From positions 14,942,001 to 15,006,000 of the forward strand of contig OZ059897.1 in the NCBI GenBank assembly GCA_964057225.1: a stretch of 64,000 bases of DNA, read 5' to 3'. Both the position numbers and the translations under genes were made by a program. Below, piece after piece: positions 53,732 to 64,000 of this stretch (position 1 is its first letter; each line of letters starts with the position of its first letter). This DNA is from Auanema rhodensis. Taxonomy: Eukaryota; Animalia; Nematoda. The notes under the pieces were generated by a model. That model saw only the letters and a list, made by a program, of their open reading frames with translations, ran no database searches and was not told where the DNA came from.

Positions 53732-56397
53732 ATGGGAGGTATAATCAGCAGTGAAGTTGATTTACCTAATAATACAGCCTTGAAAAAGTTTGTGGGTCTA
53801 AAAACTATATCAGACAATGATCCGTTCTGGAATAACTTGTTGTCTTTCAACTTGAAAATAGATGAGAAAGAAGAGTATGTCTTAATTATTTTTGTTAATA
53901 GATAATTCCTAATTTAGTGACGCTGTAAGACCCTTCGAAGATGCTTCTACTGAGTTATTGCAATCTCTAATGTATAACACGCAAACAACAGGAAATTTTT
54001 CAGCATTAATCAGGGTTTTTTTGAGACGAGCATCTGAATTGAAACTTTCTGAGCAATGTGAAAAGTACGTTTGCATGGATTTACATATCCTTAACAATTG
54101 TCTTTCAGCAAAATATTTTTATGGCAAACTACAAATTCTCTTATTATTTTACGCTATATATTCAAATTTCTTACTGAACGTATGAACGAAGTTGAGTTTG
54201 TTAAAGTATTTGATTGGGTACCTCATGGATCTTCAAATGAAAGCGCAGATGATTCTGATTCAGATGATGAAGAAAATGAAGGTTTTTTTTAAAATATGTT
54301 TAAATAATGCATAGTTATCTCATTAAGAAAAAAGGGAAAAGAAAAATAGTACTTGTGAAGAGTTCTTAATTGTACTGATTAATATTTTGTGCGACCTGCC
54401 TATAAAGTAAGCTATTTTATTTTTATATTTTCAAAGCCTATTCATTTGTTTTAAAGTGATATAACTATGGGAATTCATATTGAAACTGTGAAGTGTATCA
54501 TTACTCTATTGAGCTCACAATTATATCATGATGACTGTTCGAAAACTTCAGTAATTTTTGGATATTTCCAAAAAGGAGGATGGTATATTTAACAGTTTTT
54601 TTTCATATTATTTTTGAAGTTATAGTTCATCACTAACTGCTGAGCTGTGCCGGACTTTACTGAACAACTATCTTCATCATAATAGTGAATACGTAATTCC
54701 AAAGCCAAAAGAACCTGAAAGTTTGGTCATTGGATTAGCTTGTAAGTTTTTACTGTTAATTTATTTTATTCAGAAGTATATATTTAGCTTCATTCTGGTC
54801 AATGGTTCAAGTAGCTGCCGGAATAGAAGATGTTCCTGATGCTACTGAAGAGAATTCTTTAACACTTGGAGGGGTTTCTCTTCTTTTACTACTAAATCTA
54901 TCATGTCATAATACGGAGGGTTTGAATCCGTTCAAAGACATTCTTTCTGTTTTTCAAAATTCTCAAGGTTAGCTCTTATTATTTTATTCCTTATTTTGTT
55001 CAATTTTTTACAGAAGTATCCACTATTGTGTCAGGGATTGCCAATTTCAAAATACCGTATTCTGCCTTGTATGAAAGATTATGTGCTACTGCTGCGCAAG
55101 AACCTGCTATGCTACTTCTTTATTTGCTTCTTCATAGAAACACAGGATTTAGAAATTTTGTGCTGTCTCGTATTAATTTAGAGAATTTGGTATTTATTCC
55201 TTTTTCAAAATTTATAATACATTTGTGTTTGCAGGTTGTGCCTGTTTTAAGAATTCTTCATGAGGGAATAACAACTACCTTGACAAATTCTCATCATATG
55301 TATTTAGCTCTTATTGTTATCTTAATATTCAGTGAAGACGACTTCTTCTGTAAAATTATACATGAAACGGTACGTTTCTTCACAGTTGAACTTTAATTGA
55401 ACCAAACTGCTTCTCTGCTTTTTTCGTATCTATCAAAGTTTAACATGTGTGTAAATATATGAATATATATATTTCAGATCGTGAAAGATGTTGATTGGGT
55501 AGAATCAGATCGTCCTGTTAGAGAAATTTCATTAGGAGGATTAACCGCGTTGATTTTCATCAGGACCATTCAAAAAAATGCTCTCAAAATGAGAGTTAGT
55601 TTCTTCAACATATTTGAAATTCAAATATTTTATTTCAGGACAGATATCTGCATACGAACTGCCTTGCTGCCTTGGCAAATATGTCATCTTGTTTTAAAAA
55701 TTTATCTCCCGTTGTTTGTCAAAAATTAATAAGCTTGATTGAAGTGCTTTCAAAAAGACATGCGAAAATGGTGGAACATATGAGAACTAGTAGTGAATTG
55801 GATGTAGTAGACGGACAGCAAGTTAATTTTGTAATTAAACACTATTTAGTGACTTATTCTACATATTTTGTTTCAGCATGAAGATATTACTGCCTTAGAA
55901 GAAGGTATACGAACTTTATTGGAAATAATTAACAGCTCCTTGATATCTTCACTTCGTCATAATCCTCATCTTGTTTATACTTTACTCTATCATCGTAGTC
56001 TATTCGATTCTTACCAACATCACCCAATGTTCCAAGTTGGTGAAATTAGTATCTATTTCGTGAAAAAAAAATTTAGGATTTACTTGCCAATATTGCTGCC
56101 GTAATATCTCATTTTTCCTCAAAAGTTGTTCATGTAAAAGTTGGAGATGGAGCTGCATTAATGGAAGTTATAGAGAAGGAAGTTCTTGTATGGCCTACTG
56201 ATCGTTTGGCTAAGTTCCCAGAGTTAAAATTCAGGTAGTATTTCAACGGCTTATTTTTATACCCAGCGTACACTTTTAGATACGTGGAAGATGATAATAC
56301 GGTTGATTTCTTTGTGCCTTATGTATGGAGACTATCTGTTGAATATTCTTTTATACATTTCGATCGCACTCGCATAAAAATGTTTAATGCCTTATAA
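53732..56397 (+). CDS. DYM: Dymeclin (Golgi protein, N-myristoylation-type MGGIIS start)
   Basis: ISDNDPFWNNLLSF; LLLYLLLHRNTGFRNFVLSRINLENL; HMYLALIVILIFSED; DRYLHTNCLAALANMS; IRTLLEIINS..HNPHLVYTLLY; KFPELKFRYVEDD...FFVPYVW; TAA 56395-56397. Confidence 0.95.
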
Positions 56398-58118
56398 TTT
56401 AAGTCATTTTAAGTCAAGTATTTCACTATGTGTATAAAACTAAGGGTAGGTTAACATCATTTACAGATTAGTTTCTGATGATTTGATATTTTCAATTATA
56501 TAATAATCATACGATACGTTTCTTTAATTTTAAAATACTGTGATATTGTTCTATACTATTTAAACTTTAATAATAATAATAATAATATAAATATATATAT
56601 ATATGAATGTATTTATAAATAAATTTTTTGTTTTTAATTCTTGATACTAACGGCATTGTATCTATAGAAAGAGTACAAGAAAAAATTATATTATTCTCAA
56701 AACACGGTCTAATATATAAATTTTATTGTGTTATTTTAATATATTTATATGACTATTGTTGTCATTTACAACTAAACAACTTATTACAGCATGACGTCAT
56801 ATATTTGAGCGTCCTAAAATGTTTTCGTAAATTGTAGTTTCAAAAAATTTCAAGAAACGTTATATTTAAAATATCATTGGAAAGGACAGTGTTGGTATCT
56901 TCATTAACTTATCACAACTGGAATGTATCGTATCAATCTAAATCCAGTCCAAGGTTATTCAGATCGACGTTCGTTTACCGAAATGCATTCAGAGATACAG
57001 GCTCAACCAACAAGCTCTTCAATTTCAAATATTGGCTCACTCATCAAGTAACCAGTTCGCATGCCGACCGTTTCTTCTATATGTCAATGAATGACCATAA
57101 GATGTTGATAGAATAAAACTTGCAAACCTATTCTCTTAAAGTTTCTTATATACTTATCTCCGACTTTATAATTCATATGTCACACTATTTTGAAAATATT
57201 TAATTCTAAACGTGATTTTACAAAATTGAAGTTCCACAGTAAAAACAGTTAGAATTTAAAACTATGCATATAATCGCGTAAGGAATTGACAAAATGAATG
57301 AGTAATATGGCAAAATACTCTATTTAACTTCTCCTAATTGGATTCCCGGAGAACTTAGGAAACATGTCTATTCTGACCAATTTGAACAGTTCAATGTAAC
57401 ATAGATTCCTGACCTTCATTCATCTTTCTAATCAGTAGCACAACCTTCTCTTCCATATTGTGTTGTTTGCTTTTCTACATTCTGGCATCTAATTTTATCA
57501 TTCATTTCATATTTTTAGTATTACTTGACGACCGCACATTATTCTTTCCCTCCTCCTCTTATGTTTTTTTGACAGTAAAAAATTGTTCAAAATTTGACTC
57601 AGAAAAAAAACGCTACTCCCTCTGTCCTGGCAATACTTCTTATCGAACCCTACTAACAATCTTTTTGAACCTATCCACGTTATCGTGTTTTCAACTTATT
57701 TTCTGCATAAACTCATACATATATATACGTTTCAAATGATATCGTTTATCATTAAATAAAACTACTTGAATACTATTTTGGTTCTTGTCGGAAACAAAGG
57801 GATTAAAAGAGAGAACAATCTGTTTACATAATAATTATCTGTATACATTATATATCAAGTTATTTCATATATCTAAACGTCAAACAAACTCTTCCGAGCT
57901 ATTAGTTTCGCTTCAAACTGTTCTTGCAGGTTTACCTAACCCTTATGCCATCATTACTTTCACTTTTAGTCACATCCTTTTTCTTTCTGTTGTCAGATTA
58001 TAAATATAAAAAAGTATTAAAAGCTACAAATTGCTTTAAACTGTCCAGAGGTTCACGTTTACGCTTTTTGCATTTTATTTCAATTTTTGTAAGTTCAACC
58101 ATTACATTTCAGAGACAC

Positions 58119-59109
58119 ATGATCCAAGACCGTATTCTTGTTTGCACGTTGCTGATTGCTTTTACCCAACTATCGGAATCAGCTAATTTGACCTCAAGAA
58201 ATGTGAAGACACCAGTTCTTTTCAGCATTGATCAAGCTGAAAACGCCATTGCTGATTTTGACAAAGATCATAAAATTTCTTTAGAGATTATAGGTGAATC
58301 TCTATGTCCAGATACTACGAGGTTATTTTTTGTGTGTGTTATAATAAGAAGCATTTAACAATTCTTACAGATTTCTCTACCGACAGTTGTTACCTGTTTG
58401 GAAAGAATTCGGATCTTCTGGTATCCTCAACATAACTTATCACCCGTTTGGCATTCCAACCAAAACAGTATGTACGCCAACAGATAACTCAGATTTGTTG
58501 TAAGTTTTCAATTTTTTTAACTTCCGTATGTTCAACATTCTATGAAAAATATTATGAAGAGAACGAAATTATTGTGCTTTCAGCTGTCGTTGTCAACATG
58601 GTCCATTAGAATGTGTTATGAATCAGCTTCAAGCTTGTGTTATATCTGAGTTACCAGATTTTAGAGATCATTTAGAGACTGGTACGCGGTATTAATCATC
58701 AGGCTATGAAATATTAAAGTTTACTTTAAGTTATTTGTATACAAGGCAAACGAGATGTGAGGCTTGCAATTGAACAATGTGTCATTGGAAACGACGGTAA
58801 AGTGACAATCGATCCACTAAGGTAAAAAATTATGAAGTTCAGATTCAATGTAAAAAGAATTTATAGACTTGAGCAATGCGCTACAGGCTCTGAAGGAAGA
58901 CGTCTGATGGCTGAGCACGGTATAAAACAGAGTCAAATTGCTAAACAAACCAATTGGGTTATCGAGAAATTTTTATTTATTTACAACCTTTCATTTTTCA
59001 GGTACCTTGGATTATTGTTAATGGTCGAAGGGAAAGAGCAGCTGAATATCATCTGAGATATTTGCTGTGCAATAAATTTTCAGAGTTAGGCGCAAAAATA
59101 TGCAATTGA
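58119..59109 (+). CDS. GILT (gamma-interferon-inducible lysosomal thiol reductase)-like protein
   Basis: Signal peptide, ESLCPDT active-site region, CQHGPLECVMNQLQAC signature, WVPWIIVNG; TGA 59107-59109. Confidence 0.92.
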
Positions 59110-59830
59110 AAATACCTTGTAAAATATTGATATGGGGAAATGTATTATACGATAAACTTATTTATTTCCAAACAATTCGAAAGACTTATTTGAAATACAT
59201 TCTCGATTATATCGCTTATGTGAAAATTACAGCTGTTACTTTGTTAAACCTTTGTCATGCGTCAAGATCACACATGATGTATTCTTTTTATTCCACTCGG
59301 CGAAATGAGAACAATTGGTTACTCTTCCCTATTTTTTTATAATTGAATGTTCAATCCAAATAGTTAAAAAAATAATTCTATATACCTCAATACCAAAAAA
59401 TGCATTATTTGTTATACTCAAATTAGAAATTTTATTGCACTCCGGTCTCGGCTTTGTTCTCTGCTTATACTAATTAGTTGAAACTATTCCTTATAATCTG
59501 ATTTTAACTTAAATTTTTACTTAAAAATGCGATTAGTAATCATGAAGGAAATATGAAAGTGTGTTATACATCAGTGATAGGAATGAAAGTTTCCTAATAC
59601 TGTTCTACAGTAATCTGCCCCATTGCTAATTGTTAACAAGGCCTTTTCATTTCAAAGCCATTGTGTGTATCTGCAACGGTCTTTTATTAATTTTTTGATT
59701 TGAACTATAAGAACAAATTTATTTCTCTTAATAACTGCTGTTTCTCGTAATTTATTTTTCACGAAGAATTGGTGCAAAATATAGGTTTTTCTTGAATAAA
59801 TTGTAGCTCAAACTGTATCGTGGTTTCGCT

Positions 59831-60213
59831 ATGAATCAAACTCAGCAATACTTTAATAATTCCAATAGATCTAGAAATAGTACCGGTCGGAAGTTACCTG
59901 CATGTAAACCCCTCTTTTTATTATTTGAATATTTAGCTACGAAAGACGAACCACCCAAACATAGAATCAAAAAATTTCGCAAAGCTGGCGCAACGGTAGG
60001 CAGCGTATGTAAAGTGAGGTGAACATGAATATTCCCTTTAAGGAAGAGGAAAAAACTTCGAAAATGGATATGATCGCTGCATGTGCTTACAACCCAATGC
60101 ATTTACTTTCTGCCGCTGAAATAAAACGTCACCAAGATAAATGTGTTGATAGAGAAGAATATTTAAAATTTGAAAACCTAGCTCAGCTTTGTAAAAACAA
60201 TGATGCATATTAA
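59831..60213 (+). CDS. Small (~95 aa) protein with one CHHC (U11-48K/GTSF1-type) zinc finger
   Basis: CAYNPMHLLSAAEIKRHQDKC = C-x5-H-x9-H-x3-C. Intron 59996-60042 (GT..AAG) joins two ORFs in frame; a probable first intron lies at 59886-59936. Confidence 0.7.
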
Positions 60214-60748
60214 TCTCATTCTAATAAGTTCTTGGAATTTCGTTGATCTCAATAAATGTACAACATGAATGAATTTATTCTTTCGGTCCTCTCTGTTTAA
60301 CGTTGAGCTGTGCTGCTTCATAAACACGTTACCAGAGCATAAACACGTGAAATCATATCGATTGTCTATTTTTATAAACGAATTGTCATTATGAAACATT
60401 TACCGCTATCATTTCCTTACCAGTCCATACCAGTACTGTAGACCCAAGTTTGTTTAATATCGAAAATTCATTGGAAGTGCTATGACACACCAAATAACCG
60501 AAAAAGAAGCCTTATGCGCGTCAGTTAGGTACTATTGCCCTGCATCTCTGACTCTCTCTCTCATTCTCTAGCAATCTTACGTCTAGTCATGTGTCTCTTC
60601 AACGGTTCATGCACTCGTGTTTAACAGCTGATTTTCTACACCAAGCTTTAGTGTTTCTTCTCTTTATTCAATTCAGAGTTATTGTTTTAATTTTATTTTA
60701 TATTAAAAATTTTAATTTTAGTTATATATCTGAATTATCAAATTAGAT

Positions 60749-61734
60749 ATGTCTACTGGAAGAAAGAAGGCGCTTCTCAAGGTTCGACTTTGTCCTCTTA
60801 TCATTATTTCTATGTCTTGATTAAGGTTATCATTCTGGGAGATTCTGGAGTAGGAAAGACATCTTTAATGAATCAATATGTAAATAAGAGATTTAGTAAT
60901 CAGTATAAGGTACACGTTTGTTTTTAATTTTTATTTTTTATAGCTAAACTTTAAAAACTTTTTTTGCAATCATTGCTCATGAAATATTGGTGTGAAAACA
61001 TTTTTTGAATTGTTTATACTAAATATATAATTTCCTGATATTTAGGCTACTATTGGTGCTGATTTCTTGACTAGAGATGTTCAAATTGATGATAGAACTG
61101 TCACTTTACAGGTTTAGATCAACAACATCAATAAATCTTAAGCTTCTTCATTCCAGATTTGGGATACTGCTGGTCAGGAACGTTTCCAATCATTAGGAGT
61201 TGCGTTCTACCGTGGCGCTGATTGTTGTGTCTTGGCTTTTGATGTTACCAATCCTATGAGTTTTAAAAGCCTAGATTCATGGCGTGACGAGTTTCTAATT
61301 CAGGCTAGGTAATACATTGTTTATGATGGTCGCATTCTCTTTATTTTAAGCCCTCGTGATCCTGAAAATTTCCCATTTGTACTGTTGGGTAACAAAGTTG
61401 ATTTGGAAAATAATCGTGCTGTTAGTGCTAAGAGAGCTCAATCATGGTGTCAGAGTAAAAATTCTATTCCTTATTATGAGGTAATTTTTTTAAAGTTAAA
61501 CACCTGATCTTAATTTAAACATAGGTTTCTGCAAAGGAAGCACTTAATGTTGAGCTAGCTTTCCAAGCTATTGCTCGTGATGCACTAGCTAGGGAATCAC
61601 AGGTATACAATCATATATTTATTTTATATTTCAAATTTTGTTTTCAGGATATGCATGATTTTCCTGATTTCCCTGATCAGATTCGCCTAGATAACCCATC
61701 TCAAAGCACAGGTTCTGGATCGTGCAGCTGCTGA
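60749..61734 (+). CDS. rab-7: Rab7 GTPase, 7 exons
   Basis: [48 protein letters not shown]...[23 protein letters not shown]...GNKVD...C-terminal CSC prenylation motif; TGA 61732-61734. Confidence 0.98.
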
Positions 61735-62059
61735 GCACTGCAGCGTTACATTAAGGCACACCTTTATATGTCAAGCACTCACTTTCACTCCTACAAGCTA
61801 GAAATTTCTCTAGTTTTTTTGCTACATAAGTTTTATTTTTTTTCGTTCAATGTCTGCCAATCATTTTTGTGATTTGTATAGTTTTTGAAGTTCTTGTGTT
61901 TCTGTAAATTCAGTACTTTGATATTTTTTAAGAATGAAGGAGATTCGATTTATTGATTACAAGCTTTACTACTAATTTATCACAGTTTTTGAGTATCACA
62001 ACTATTTTACTCAGCTGCCTAGTTAATTAATGTTTCAAAAGTAGAAACTAACAAGCACA

Positions 62060-64000
62060 TTAAAGTAATTCGTACAAGAATGGACTGTCTATTACTGCAG
62101 CGCCAACAGCAACTCCACCCTAAATGCATAATTATTTGATATTTTCTAATAATATACTATATAATATAAAACCTCATTCATCTTTTCCCCCTTTGTTCGA
62201 AGAAGGTGTCCCCCCGTAGCAGTTTCCGGTTTGCCCAACGTCCCCAAGGCATAACCATATATTCCCAATTCACTGACTACGTCAGACACGGCAACAGGCT
62301 CCTTGGCGCGCACAAGATAGTTCTGAATTTGAAAGATAACACACGCCATACTACGCCGCACAGTACTTGCACAGTCAAAGGTCTAATTCTTTCCATTAAT
62401 ATGTAAGCTCCTCTTTCATCTGAGGTCATTTTCTCAAGCATTTCTGATATCTCATTGCCGTAGTAGTTTCCTCCCCCACCTTCAAGTTGAGGTTTCAGAA
62501 CAAATCTATCTGGATGGGCAATAGCACCCTAGAACCAACTTTTGATTATTTTTCTAACAGATTTGGCTTGCCTTGATAATGTTTCTCGTATTTGGATCAT
62601 TGTCATCTAAGGCCCACAGTCCAGCAAAAGTATCTCTAATAGCCGAAGCATCTCTAGGATTACCAATATATCGTTCCAGTACGCCATCTTCAGCCAAAAC
62701 CTGCAGTTGTATGTAATAAAAATAATCTGGTTCTTAATTCATGCCTGTTGTGTCTTCTTGGTATTGGCAACTTGCAAACCGATCCAAGGAGCTTTGATCG
62801 CATCAGATCTTTCGATTATAAGACGAGCGTTCCACTCTTAAAATAAAAAGAAATATAAAATATACTAAGTTATTTGAAATGATTATAATTATACCATTGT
62901 CGGTAGGATAATTGTCTGGAGAATACCCTGCACGGAAGTAGACAACAGATACTCGAGAGCCTTTGAAGAGAAGTTGTCGCTCGTCAGATAATGTTAAACT
63001 GAATTTTTGTTGAAGAGAACACAAATAAATACAAATATATGTTCTTACGTATTATTCAGTTCAGTTAATGTTTGTCTTACGACATTGCCTACAGGTACAC
63101 CCATATTTTCCAAAGCATATTCTACATGACGTTGATCGATTTGATTCTGATTTGTATCCTCAACGACAACCAAAATAATAGCATTGGGTTCAGCAACTTT
63201 CGTCCTTGAAGAAGCTACATGTAACAAAGGAAATAAAGAAGAACAAACCAAGCTTTGAATAATGCGTTAGCAATCATTTCTACTGGTTTGTTTTGGGGAA
63301 TAGCTTTTTCAACAAAATCTTTATCATAGCCCAAATCCAAAAGTGTCCTACGATGAAGTTCAGTAACCTGTGTTAATCTATATCATAAAAGTGCTCATAT
63401 CATAAACTCACTCTTTCAGCATGAGCTCCCATACTTGAAGCAATATTATTGACTTCAATCTACAAATATATGAATGTAATACGATAAAGTTCTTTCGCAT
63501 ACTTGTTTCAAGCAATATTCAGAAGTAAATAGATCCTTATGTACCATATAATCAGAACGTTGAATTGCCAAAGTTGTCGTCTGAGCAAGTCCTAAGTGAT
63601 TCAATCCAATTACAATTTTATCAGGGCATTATACTACCTTCTTCGTGAACAGTTTTGAAAATTTCCATCATACGACGAATGAATGGATCGGTCTTAACCA
63701 CGTCATCATGACATTTACTTAAGAATTTGAAATCGTAAGCGATCTCATGGTATAAGCTTGCCATTAACTGTAAACTTATAATATAGCGAGCAAGACTAAA
63801 TGTAACTCAAACATTTTGAACATCAACAGCTTGCTGGAATAATACTCTTGGAAATGGACTTGGCAATAGCGCAATAGGAGCAGTTTGACAATGTGCACTA
63901 CTATCTTTATCTTGAAGAAGACGCATAACTAAACCATGAGCCTAAAAACATATAATTACGAATTATAGGAAAAAATCGAATTACATGAGCCCAATCGTGT
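62060..64000 (-). CDS. gss-1: Glutathione synthetase (5' end outside window)
   Basis: DWAHAHGLVMR; [11 protein letters not shown]; IQRSDYM; [13 protein letters not shown]; [14 protein letters not shown]; [16 protein letters not shown]; SELGIYG; [23 protein letters not shown]; TAA 62062-62060. Confidence 0.96.

Noticed and set aside
56953-57053. Box C/D snoRNA-like layout on - strand (TGATGA...CTGA...CTGA with GGTTA/TAACC)
   Set aside because: Box C lacks the leading purine, the terminal stem is out of register, and I recognise no rRNA-complementary guide.

Overview
AT-rich eukaryotic DNA, most likely from a rhabditid (clade V) nematode, judged from ~45-nt introns, TTTCAG acceptors just before start codons, and a nematode-type transthyretin-like gene. 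The first 18.9 kb is two abutting tandem arrays: a 199/200-bp repeat (1-6310, ~31.5 copies, cut by the window edge) and a 371-bp repeat (6341-18901, ~34 copies, no net length change). After a sharp boundary comes a gene-dense region: Sulfotransfer_2-type sulfotransferase (+), transthyretin-like (+), CrebA/CREB3L-type bZIP crh-2 (-, two alternative first exons), TRRAP trr-1 (-) head-to-head with dymeclin (+), GILT-like thiol reductase (+), a tiny single-CHHC-zinc-finger gene (+), rab-7 (+) and glutathione synthetase gss-1 (-, runs off the end). Main hunt result: both 'satellites' look built from structural-RNA genes. Each 200-mer carries a near-invariant SL2-like 25-nt leader followed by a GT donor. 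Each 371-mer carries a collinear, decayed 5S-rRNA-like segment plus a weaker SL2-like leader on the same (-) strand. The block may be germline-limited (programmed DNA elimination), with a 29-bp palindrome just outside the array edge. All homology calls come from manual translation and recalled reference sequences; no searches were run.
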